A DNA stretch of 64,000 nucleotides, taken from NCBI RefSeq assembly GCF_963921235.1, contig NC_086097.1, positions 252,962,001-253,026,000 of the forward strand, given 5' to 3'. The position numbers were made by a program, and so were the translations under genes. Each line of letters begins with the position of its first letter. Within the stretch, counting starts at the first letter, position 1. Below the pieces are notes generated by a model, which made no database searches, had not been told where the DNA came from, and was given only the letters and a program-made list of their open reading frames with translations. Shown in pieces: positions 1 through 10,658 of the stretch. The stretch comes from Mobula hypostoma (lineage: Eukaryota).

Positions 1-617
1 TTGTAAGTAGGGGCTGTGCACAATTCTGATTTGATGGAGACAGACGTGAGAAGCACGGAGGAACATCTGGAGTAACGTCTGGAATGCCTGGTTCACTGCC
101 GCTGCTACTGTGCGATCGAGAATCTCCGGAGGCGAAGGCCCCAAATCCTCAGCTTTGCCTGTTACTGGCAGCCGGGGCTGGGGTCGAAGCGCTCGGCAGA
201 GATGGTGCCCGGTGCTCGGTGTCGGAGGGCTGGTCGGAGGCTCAAAGTTTTTGGACGGACTCAGAATCCGACTGTGGTCGGGTGCTTCCAGGATGCTGCA
301 TCGACAAGTTTGCGGCGCTGGAAGCTCATGGCAGGGAGAGTTTTCTTCCTTCTACCATCTGCATGAGATAATGGGACTTTCAAGAGACTTTGAGACTTTT
401 TTTACCGTGCCCATGGTCTGTTCTTCAACAAATTACGATATTGCTTGCACTGTTGTAACTATTTGTTATAATTATGTGGTTTTTGTTAGTTTTTCAGTCT
501 TGGTCTGTCTTGTGTTTCTGTGATATCACACTGGAGGAACATTGTATCATTTCTTAATGCAAGGGCATTAATAAATGACAATAAATGAGGACTGCGTGTC
601 CTCATGATCTAATCTAA
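1..617 (+). mobile_element. Non-coding interspersed repeat 'family A' (putative non-autonomous retroelement), 5' end cut by the window edge
   Basis: Homologous copies at 10659-11228+13505-13563 and 45848-46308. Ends with AATAAA, the hairpin ATGAGGAC-TGCGT-GTCCTCAT and an (AATCT)n-like tail. Confidence 0.8.
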
Positions 618-719
618 CCACTGAAGTAAGATCTTATGGTCTTAAGAAGACAATTTGTGTAAATAAATAAATAAGCAAATAATACTGAGAACATGAGTTG
701 TAGAGGATCAAACTTGGGA

Positions 720-1170
720 AACCAATTTACTGTGGAGAGCATTCTAATTGGCTGCATCACTATTTGGTACAGAGGGGTCACAGCACAGGATCAGAAAAAG
801 CTGCAGAAAGTTGCAAACTCAGTCAGCTCCAGAATGGTCACTAGCCTCCCCAACGTTGGGGACATCTTCAAAAGGTGATGCCTCAAAAAGGAGGCATCCA
901 TCATTAGGGTCCCCATCACCCAGGACCTGCCCTCTTCTCATTGCTACCATCAAGGAGGAGGTACAGGAGCCTGAAGACATACACTCAATGTTTCAGAAAC
1001 AGCTTCTTCCTCTCTGCCATCAGATTTCTGAATGGACAATGAACAAATGAACACTGTGTCATTATTTTTTCTCCTTTTGCTCTAGTTACAGTACTTAATC
1101 CACCTTATATACATTTTTTCTTACTATAATTCAATGTATATGCCAGTGATATTAAACCTGATTCTGATTC
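720..1170 (+). mobile_element. Rex/Babar-like LINE 3' fragment
   Basis: Encodes TVESILIGCITIWY...QDQKKLQKV (RT C-terminus), followed by a 3' UTR ending aaacctgattctgattct. Confidence 0.75.
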
Positions 1171-1290
1171 TGATTCAGATTCATGTTCATATTTGGATTT
1201 GGATTCAGATTGATTTGGATTTGGATTTGGATTTGGATTCGTATTCTGATTCAGATTCGGATTTGGATTTGGGTATGGATTCAGATTCTG
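1160..1290 (+). repeat. Hexamer microsatellite (GATTCT/GATTTG)n grown from the LINE tail
   Basis: Degenerate 6-bp units directly follow the LINE 3' end. Confidence 0.9.
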
Positions 1291-1814
1291 AACAAGCAAA
1301 AGTCTCTCATTAGAAGCACCCTGAGCTGACATATTTCAGGTTTGATGACTGAACTACCACAATTAAAATTAAAGTTAACATTTGAAAATGCTCTGCTAAT
1401 TTACTAAAACATTTGTGAGTTTTACAGTTATACCCCTGTGATCGTCAGCCTTGGTCAAGTGGTAGGGACGTTCAGCAACCAACTTGTACTGGTCTGGCCA
1501 AATTCACTGAACATGTGTACAACATACAAAAGCTTAGAGGGCAATAAAAATTTAAACCATATGTTTATGGAGTAATTTTAACAGCTGTTTCTTTGGGCAC
1601 AGAAATGTATTGCAAATACTAAGTCATTATTCAAACAAGCTCAATGGTTCCTGTGTTCAAACAATAAACATCTTATTCTATAACATATCAGACCATGCCC
1701 TTAAAAGTAAGGAATGTGCAGATTTGTTATTGAAGCAAAACCAGTATTTAAGTGTACAATACTTTATACTATTCAACGAGCAATTAAATGAAAAATTCTG
1801 CCATTTTCAGTCCC

Positions 1815-2020
1815 AACCCCGGCTGTGAAAGAAGAGCTAGCAACCTCATCCTGTAAAAACCAAGAGCTACAGAAACACCAACAGTAGCTCCAAAGACCTC
1901 ATCCCTGGGAGAAGAGGGATCTAAGAAGATCGGCTGCACCTGGCGACAACTGGAAAGGCTGGCCCAGGACAGAGGGCTCTGGAGAGCTGCCATTGGAAGC
2001 CTATGCCCCAGTAGGACTCA
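1815..2020 (+). mobile_element. RTE-like LINE 3' fragment
   Basis: Contains ...tggcgacaactggaaaggctggcccaggacagagggctctggagagctgc (W-x-QLERLAQDRGLWRA-like RTE C-terminus). Confidence 0.55.
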
Positions 2021-2147
2021 AAACCACCTGTACCTTCTACCTGCAGCAAGAAGGAAGCGTGGTCTGAGCGGTGGGGATCTCTGATGATGGATGCTGCTTT
2101 TCTACGTTTCGTGTAGATGTGTTCAATAGTTGAGAGGGCTATACCCT

Positions 2148-2940
2148 TGTTACATACTTCATGGATGTCTTGTGACTGTCTCATGAGGATGATGTAATCG
2201 TCTTGTGGAGGTCACATGATGTAATTTTCCCGCCAGTGAGGTCACATGATGACCTGTTCTCAACGGTATATAAAAGGGAGACTCCTGACGTGACGCAGTT
2301 GGGATTTTCAGTTTAGTTTTGTGTTAGATGCTCCGTTTTTGCTGCGTATTCAGCTGATGACGCAGTTTTGTTTTAAAGTGGAGTCCTACTTTCTATTATG
2401 AGTAGTATTGGAGAGTGAAGAGCTTACCAAAGTTCAGGAATTCGCCGAGTCGAGTAAAGTTGGTGTCGTTCAGCAGTTTAGTAAAGGATCGACCTTGTTG
2501 ATTCTTCGGTCAAGAGATAGCGACCTGCATCTAAGATAACTCCTGCCAAAAGAGCAAGGAAGTTCGTGCGAGGTTCGCTTGCCAGGGAAAAGTCAGTTCC
2601 TTTTAAGCCGTTTACTCCCATCATCGTGAATCCTGCAGACAAGGCAGGTTCCGGCTGGGATCAACAGTAACGACAAGTCTTCGAGGAATTCTTTACTTCA
2701 GGAAAGTCTCTCCTAATTGACTCTATAAAGCTCTTGGACTTTCGAATTTACCACTTTAAGAACTGTTTTTGCATTTACCCTTTTAAGAACTGTTCCAGAG
2801 TTGCCGTATAGTAGTTAACTTCCGGTTAAGTTAGTCGTTTAAATACATTTCACTATTTTTGAGCAAAATTTAATAAATGTTTGTCTGTTTTAATAAAACC
2901 TGACTCAAATCTATATTCATTGTTGCCGGTCACTTGATAC
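2148..2940 (+). mobile_element. Probable solo LTR inserted in a minus-strand Rex-like LINE fragment (2030-2147 / 2941-3055)
   Basis: Starts TGTTAC and has a TATATAAAAGG box (~2267) and AATAAA near the 3' end. The host LINE sequence resumes after it. The 3' terminus and TSD are degenerate. Confidence 0.6.
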
Positions 2941-3059
2941 CCCGATGTACTGAACAAAATCCACTACCTTTGTAGGAGTTTTCTGTTCAAAGGGATTGGT
3001 GTCCCCATAGAAGGCTGTTATGCAGCCAGTCAATACACTCTCCACTACACATCTAAAGA

Positions 3060-3360
3060 GGAATTTATTATCCCTCTCAACCACATTCTCCTGCCTTCTC
3101 CCCATAACCTTTAATGTTTTTACCTTTAATGCCAAGAACCCATTAACCTCCACTTTAAACATATCCACGAACTTGGCCTCCACAGCCATCTGTGGTGATG
3201 AATCCTCAGATTTGCCACCCTCTGGCTAAAGAAATTCCTCACCATCTCCTTTCTTGTCAGATGTACCTTTATTCTGAGACTGTCACCTCTGGTCCTGGAC
3301 TCCCCCACTATAGGAAACATCCATTCAACATCCACTCTACTGGGGCCTTTCAATAGTTGA
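3060..3360 (-). mobile_element. CR1 LINE 3' fragment
   Basis: RVDVEWMFPIVGESRTRG...RNFFSQRVANL on the minus strand. Confidence 0.85.
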
Positions 3361-3361
3361 T

Positions 3362-3640
3362 AATGTAGTGATTAGCATAATGCTATTCCAGTGCCAGTGG
3401 CCGGGTTCAATCCAATCACTGTCTGTAAGGAGTTTGTGCGTTCTCCCTGTGACCGTGTGGGTTTCCTCCGGCTGCTCCAGTTTCCCCCCGCTGTCCCAGG
3501 ACGTACCTGTTGGTAGGTTGGTGGCTCATTGTAAATTGTCCTGTGATTAGGTTAGGGTTAAATTGTTGGGCTGAAGGGTACCGCGGCTCAGAGGGGCAAA
3601 AGGACCTTTTCCACGTTTATCTCAATAAATGAAAAAATAA
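3362..3640 (+). mobile_element. tRNA-derived V-domain SINE
   Basis: A/B-box-like head (GGGTTCAATCC) followed by the V-domain GGAGTTTGTGCGTTCTCCCTGTGACCGTGTGGGTTTCCTCCGG and an A-rich tail. Confidence 0.8.
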
Positions 3641-4184
3641 CCCTAGGGGTTTGTAGGGTAATTGGTCACTTGGGTGTAACTGGGCAGTGTGCACTCACTG
3701 TTACCATGCACCATCTCTAAAAGAGTAAATAAAAATAAAAATAAGCAGTGGCTGCTGAGTTTGATTGGCAGGTTCCAGCTCACAGACATCTGAATTTTAT
3801 AATGTGTGTGACTAATCCAGTCTCCGATATGAAACCAGTCCTGTACAAAGGTCTGCTTTTCCAGATATAATTTATCCAATCAACACAAAGACAATATGAA
3901 AGATGGTTATGAAGTGATGCATTTGGGCCAGCTGCATTTAAAATAAAGTATTTGGGCAGGACCCTATACTCAAAAACAGTACAGTACTTTGCCCAGGCAG
4001 TTTGTTCACTGTGGAGCCCCGCAGAATGGTAAATGTGGGCAATGAACAAAATGCCAAAACAAGACTTCAGATAGAAGCACAAAATGTCCAAGAGTGCCAT
4101 AGCCTGACAAATGTCATTTGAGTTTGCAGATCTGAGGGTTATAATAAATTCTTGCTTTATGAAGTGACTTTAAAAGGAAGGCGT

Positions 4185-4605
4185 ATTCCATGGTCTCCTC
4201 TTCTGCTACAAAGAGGCCACTAACAGGGTAGAGGAGGAACACCTTATATTCCATCTAGGTGGTTTCCATCCTCATGGCATGAACATGGATTTCTCTAACT
4301 TCCCATAATTTTTCCTAACTCCCTTCCTTCTTCCTCAATTCACCTTCCCAGTGCCCCCCTCCTTCCCTTTCTCCCATGGTCCACTCTCCTTTCCTATCAG
4401 ACTCCTTCCTCTCCAGCCCCATTAGCTCTTCCACCTATCACCTCCCAGCTTCTTACTTCATGTCTTGCCACCCTCCACCCATCTTCTTATTGTGTTTTTC
4501 CCCCTTCCTTCTCAGTCCTGATGAGGGGTCCTGCCCTGAAATATCAACTGTTTATTCATTTCCATTGGTGCTGCCTGACCTGTGGCATCTTGTGTGTATT
4601 GTGTT
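4185..4605 (+). mobile_element. Penelope-like element 3' fragment with hammerhead motif (4513-4550)
   Basis: Homologous to 37180-37600. Has a pyrimidine-rich tract followed by CAGTC-CTGATGA-GGGG...CCCT-GAAAT-ATC-AACTG. Confidence 0.7.
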
Positions 4606-4784
4606 TACATTAGGGTCTTCACAATATCAGGCCATTCCCAGAACACTTCATAGCCAATGAAGTCCTCTTGGAGTATTTGCCCTGTGCAGAAGTTAGTGTG
4701 ACAACGAGCACACAATCTGCTTTAATGACATCGGCTGAGTTTAAATATTGACCAGGAGAGTAGAGGGAAACTGCCCCAGCTCCA

Positions 4785-6830
4785 CTCTGATGAGTTGGAC
4801 GAGGATGTGGAAGGGTGGGTTAGTAAGTTTGGTGAGGGTTAGTTAAGGGTGTGTTAGTAAGCTGCTCGATGATGACTGGAGAGAACTCTCCCCATCTTCA
4901 CTCTGATGAGTTGGACAATGAAGTAAAAGGGTGGGTGAGCAAGTTTGTAAATGACACAAAAGTTGGTGGAGTTGTGGATAATGTAGAAGTTTTTCATGGG
5001 TTACAGTGGGATATTGAGCAGATACAGAGTTGGGTTGAGAAGTGGCAGATAGAGTTCAGCACAGAAACTTTGGAAGGTTGAATCGAAGGCAGAATGCAGG
5101 GTCAGTGGCAGGATTCCTAGTAGTATGGAGGAATAGAGGGATCTTGGGATCCACATTTATAGATCTTTCAGTGTTGCTCTGCAAGTTGATAGGCTTATTA
5201 AGAAGGTGTAGATGCATGGTGCGTTGACCTCCATTAGTCATGGGATTGAGTTCGAGAGCCATGAGGTAATGTTGCAGCTGTATAAAGCCCTGCTTAGACC
5301 ACACTTGGAATATTGTGTTCAGTTCTGGTCGCCTTATAGGAAGAATGTGGAAGTTTTAGAGGGCTACGTGCAAACATCACTCCACTCTTTAAGAAAGGAG
5401 GAAGGCAGCAGAAAGGAAATTGTAGACCAGTTAGCCTGACCTCAGTGTTGGAAAGATATTAGAGGCAATTGTTAAGGATGAGGTGATGGAGTACTTGGTG
5501 ACACAGGACAAGATATTACGAAGTCAGCATGGTTTCCTTCAGTGAAAATCCTGCCTGATGAACCTGTTGTAATTCTTTGAGGAGATTACAAGTAGCATAG
5601 ATAAGGAGGATGCAGTGGATGTTGTATATTTGGACTTTCAGAACGCCTTTGACAAGGTGCCACACATGAGGCTGCTTACCAAGTTAAGAACTGATGGTTT
5701 TACAGGAAAGTTACTAACCTGGTTGGAGCATTGGCTGATTGATAGGAGGCAGTGAGTGGAAATAAAAGGATCCTTTACTGGCTGGCTTCCAGTGACTAGT
5801 GGTGTTCTACAGGGGTCGGTGTTGGGACCACTTCTTTTTATGTTGTATATAAATGATTTAGATGATGGAATAGACGGCTTTGTTGCCAAGTTTGCAGATG
5901 ATATGAAGATTGGTAGAAGGGTAGGTAGTGTTGACAAAACAGGTAGGATGCAGAAGGACTTAGACAGATTAGGAAAATGAGCAAGAAAGTGGCAAATGAA
6001 ATACAATGTTGGAAAATGCATGGTCATGCACTTTGTTAGTAGAAATAAATGTGTGGACTATTTTCTAAACGGGGAGAAAAATCCAGGAATCTGAGATGCT
6101 GGAGACTAGGGAGTCCTTGTGCAGAACACTCTGAAGGCTAACTTGCAGGTTGAGTCGGTGGTGAGGAAGGCAAATGCAATGTTAGCATTCATCTCAAGAG
6201 GTCTAGAATACAAGAGCAGGGATGTGATGCTGAGGCTTTATAAGGCACTGGTGAGGCCTCACCTTGAGTATTGTGAACAGTTTTGGGCCTCTCATTTTAG
6301 GAAAGATGTGCTGGCATTGGAGAGGGTCCCGAGGAGGTTCACAAGGATGATTCCAGGAGTGAAAGGGTTATCATACGAGGAACGTTTGATGGCTCTGGGT
6401 CTGTACTTGCTGGAATTCAGAACGATGAGGGAGGATCTCATTGAAACCTTTTGAATGTTGAAAGGTCTAGACAGAGTAGATGTGGAAAGGATGTTTCCCC
6501 ATGGCGGGAGAGCCTAGGACAAGAGGGCACAGCCTCAGGATAGAGGGGCACCCTTTCAAAACAGAGATGCGGAGAAATTTCTTTAGCCAACGGGTGGTGA
6601 ATTTGTGAAATTTGTTTCCACATGCAGCTGTGGAGGCCAGGTCGTTGGGAGTATTAAGGCAGAGATTGATAGGTTCTTGACTGGACATGGCATCAAAGAT
6701 TATGCGGAGAAGGCTGGGAACTGGGGATAAGGAGGAGATAGAGAAAAGGGATCAGCCATGATTGAATGGCGGAGCGGACTGGATGGGCTGAATGGCCTAA
6801 TTCTGCTCCTATGTCTTATGATCCCATGGA
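4785..6830 (+). mobile_element. Two adjacent decayed CR1 LINE RT fragments (~4785-5365 and ~5370-6830)
   Basis: Motifs SKFVNDTK, GVLQGSVLGPLLF-YINDLD-KFADD and RPHLEYC, plus a CR1 3' UTR. Many stops and frameshifts. Confidence 0.9.
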
Positions 6831-7259
6831 GGAAAGGGTAGGACTGATCTTGGAGTAGATTAAAAGGTTGTCACAGTATCATGGGCCAAAGAGCCCGGAC
6901 TGTGCTGTAGTGTTCTATATTTTATGTTCTATATTTGGAACTTGCAATATGACGATCCTTAAACAGCATTAATAATCCTTCAAATTTATTTTGATTTTGT
7001 GTAATTCAGGCATCCATAGAAATTGCAGATATAATTTATATCCTGTTTATTTTATTCTGCTGTGGGAATTCTGGAAGCAGGAAGATATGGAGCCAAAACT
7101 CCAGGAAGTACCCAATAGGTTTCAGTCTGTGATTAACCTGCCCCAGTGTGACGAGTGATAAAAGTAAAAAATTATAGCACTGCTGTTTTATTAATGTCAT
7201 CTCCATCATCAGACAGCTAGTGACTGCCACAACTCCATCTCATAAGCAGTTACTAACAT

Positions 7260-8030
7260 AAACACAGGAGATTCTGCAGACACTAGAAATCCAGAGCAAC
7301 ACACACACAATGCCAGAGGAACTCAGCAGGTCAGTCAACATCTATGGAAATGAATAAACAGTTGACGTTTCGAGCCGAGACACTTCTTCTGGACTGGAAA
7401 GGAAGAGGGCAGAAGCCAGAATAAGAAGGTGGTGGGAGGGTAAAGATTACAGGCTGGCATGTGATAGAGGAAGCCAGGTGGATGGGGGAGTGGGGATGAA
7501 GTAAGAAGTGATGGATGGAAGAGGTAAAGTACTGAAGAAGGAATATGATGGGAGAGGAGAGTGGACCATGTGAGAAAGGGAAGGGCGCCAAAAGGATGTG
7601 ATGGGCAGGTGAGGAATGGAGAAGAGGTAAGAGGTGAATCGGGATGTGGAGTGACAAAGAGAGCAGTGGTTCGGAGGAGAAATTAGCAGAAGTTAGAGAA
7701 ATTCATGTTCATGCTGTCAGGTTGGGGGTTACTCAGATGGAATAAGAGGTGTTGTTCTTCCAAACTGAGAGTGGCTTCATTGTGGAAGTACAGGAGGCTA
7801 TGGGCTGGCATGTCAGAATGAAATTAAAATAGGTGACCACCAGGAATCTGGCCTTTTGTAGCAGACAGAGCAAAGGTGATTGACAACACAGTCCCCCAAT
7901 CTACGTCATGTCGTGGAACACCAGATACAGGAGCTGATCCCAACAGACCTGCAGGTGAAGTGTTGCCTCGTATGGAGGGAATGTTTTGGGCCCTAAATGG
8001 TGGTGAGGGAGGTGAGGAGTGGAGGGAGTA
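7260..8030 (-). mobile_element. Penelope-like element fragment
   Basis: Reverse complement of the 36960-37600 family, with a degenerate hammerhead at 7359-7396. Confidence 0.7.
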
Positions 8031-8974
8031 GCAGTAACTGATAGTTTACCCTGAGGCTGAGTAGAGCCATGCCTGGACCTTCTATGGAGGAAGTGCTTCA
8101 TGGCTGGATCCAGCAACAGAAGCCAATCTGTAGAAATCTGTAGATGATAACAGTAGACGACGGACAACAAGATACTTCATTTTGGTGCCAGTGATGGCCT
8201 TGGTGAAGAGGACAGAAATCATTTGTCCACATGAGATGGATTCTGATGAGATGAGTCACTACACCATAAAAATTTACTCGTTCAACACTGAACTGACTGT
8301 AGATGTGGCCCGCAGACATCGGCACTGAACTGGCTGTGTGGCTGTGGACTTACAGGGGACTCTGTGATTCATGTTCTGTGTTATTTATATATCTCAAGAC
8401 TGTATACATACTTCAATAATAAATGTACTTTGAAATTTGAACTTTGAACTTTCTAAAGGCAAATGGTGAAACAGTAAGAGGGAGAGACAGTAACTGAGCT
8501 CCTCTCAAGTTCTCACTGTCCAAGGAAAAGCTCAGTTATCTTACACACTTGGTGAAGACTGTGAATGGTTCTCTGCTACTGAATGCACATGAGTTTCACA
8601 TGCTGCTCGATGTCAGGCATGTACGTGCAAGCTCTTCCCAATCTCTACTCAGCTAACTGAAATCAACAAGCACTCATTTCTGTCTCAACACCTGCAGCCT
8701 ATCTAAACCCATCTCTCATCCCCAGTACTTGTTCACTCATCAAACCAGCCGGCTTCGGCCAGCTGCTGCCAGCCTTCAGTCACCTTGTTGCCAGTTTCTG
8801 TTATCTCTTGTTTTGTGGCTGCTTGTTGCTTGTTACCTCTTGTAGTCTACTGTCAACATGATCATTCACTGCTGAATCATCTCCACTGCTTTGCTTTTGG
8901 GTCAAACCTCCTCTCCATCTCCCGACATGATGCACCTCCCCCCTTCAACCCAGGACAATATCAAGATGCCACAG

Positions 8975-9920
8975 TATTCCATCCTTGCATTTATATTCTA
9001 GTCCTCTTGAAATGAATACTAGCATTGCATTTCCCTTCCTCACCACCAACTCAACCTGTATGTTAACCTTGAGGGAATCCTGCACAAGGACTCTCAAACA
9101 TCTTTGCACTTCAAATTTTTGTATTTTCTCTTCTTTCATGTCTTCTACCAAAGTGCATGACCATACACTTCCTGACACTGTATTCCATCTGCCATTTCTT
9201 TTCCCAGTCTCCTAATCTGTCTAAGTCCTTCTGTAGTCTCTCTACTTCCTCAAAACAACCTGCCCCTCTGCATATCATCATATCATCTGCAAACTTTGCC
9301 ACAAAGCCATCAATTCCATCGTCGAAGGCATTGACTTATAACATAAAAAAATTCCAACACAGACCCCTGTGGAACAACACTAGTCACTGGCAGCCAACCA
9401 GAAAAGGCTCCCTTCATTCCCACTCTTAGCTTCCTGCCAATCAGCCACTGTTTTATCCATGCTAGGATCTTTCCTGTAATACCATGGGCTCATAGCTTGT
9501 TAAGCAGCCTCATGTGTGGCAGCTTGTCAAAGGCCTTCGGAAAATCCAAATATACAACATCAACCAATCTTCCTTTGTCTATCTTGCTTGATATTTCTTC
9601 TAAGATTTCTGACAAAATTTTTAGGTAAAATATTCCCTTGAGGAAACCATACTGACTAGGGCCTATTTTATCATGCGCTTCCAAGTACCCTGAAACCTCA
9701 TCCTTAATAATTGACTCCAACATCCTTCAAACCATTGAGGTCAGATTAACAGGCCTATAATTTCCTTTCTTCTGCCTCTCTCCCTACTTAAAGAGTGGAG
9801 TAACATTTCCAATTTGCCATTCTTCCGGAATCAGTCTAAAATTAGTGATTCTTGAAAGATCATTACTAATGCCTCCACAAACTCCTCAGCCACCTCTTTC
9901 AGAATCCTGGGATGTACACC
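8975..9920 (-). mobile_element. CR1 LINE RT fragment
   Basis: VDVVYLDFPKAFDKLPH and KFADD motifs. Confidence 0.9.
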
Positions 9921-9924
9921 TCAT

Positions 9925-10390
9925 TCTCCCGTAAGAGTCAAAGGTCACCAGTTCCTTAACACCTTCTCTCAGGAACTGCAGTTCGGTGAGTTTGGAGATC
10001 TCCCAGAACTCCTACATCACGTGCACAATACAGAACACTGCCCCGGAGCCATTCTCACTACACTGCTATGCTCTAACAGACGAGGGATGAAGAATTAAGA
10101 ACAAAGAGAGAAATTTACCAGACACTTCACCTCACCCAAGCCTGGTCTTGCCTAAGCCTGATGAGCCAAAGCCACTCTTAACACTGACCCCCTCACAACA
10201 ATGGCCACGCCACTCGCGTTTGTGTTATTCTTATTCACCCTTTCTATTGAATCCTACTCAGCGACTGGTTGCAGTCCAACTCTGAGAAACTGCAACAAAG
10301 TTCTGCCTTTTTAATCTTGATTGCGGGCCTGATTCAAAAAATAGCTCTCTTCACGTACTCCTGCTCAGCGATTGATTGCAGTCCAACTCA
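9925..10390 (-). mobile_element. CR1 5' UTR plus start of ORF1
   Basis: Resembles the 5' ends at 49006 and ~57400-57820 (Cys-rich ORF1 start). Contains a duplicated ctcagcga(c/t)tg(g/a)ttgcagtccaactc module. Confidence 0.5.
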
Positions 10391-10658
10391 GATATAATAC
10401 TGATACCACTGACATTAGCTTCTTCCTCTCAAATTGCAGGGTGAATTCTATCATATTATGATCACTGCTTCCTAAGGGTTCCTTTATCTCAAGCTCTCTA
10501 ATCAAATCGGTTTCATTATGCAACACCCAATCCAGAATAGCTGATCCCCTAGTCAGCTCAACCATGAGCTGATCTAAAAAGCCCATCTCATACACATTCT
10601 ACAAGTGCCCCTACAGGGACCCAGCACCAACTTGATTTTCCCAATCTACCTGTAAATT

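Noticed and set aside
84..523. 95-aa and 137-aa ORFs as a host gene
   Set aside because: They lie within repeat family A, and the reading frames are not preserved in the other two copies.
1105..1332. PN-repeat ORF
   Set aside because: Translation of a hexamer microsatellite.
1410..1500. Candidate minus-strand micro-exon (DQYKLVAERPYHLTKADDHR)
   Set aside because: Weak splice signals, no recognisable protein and no partner exons.
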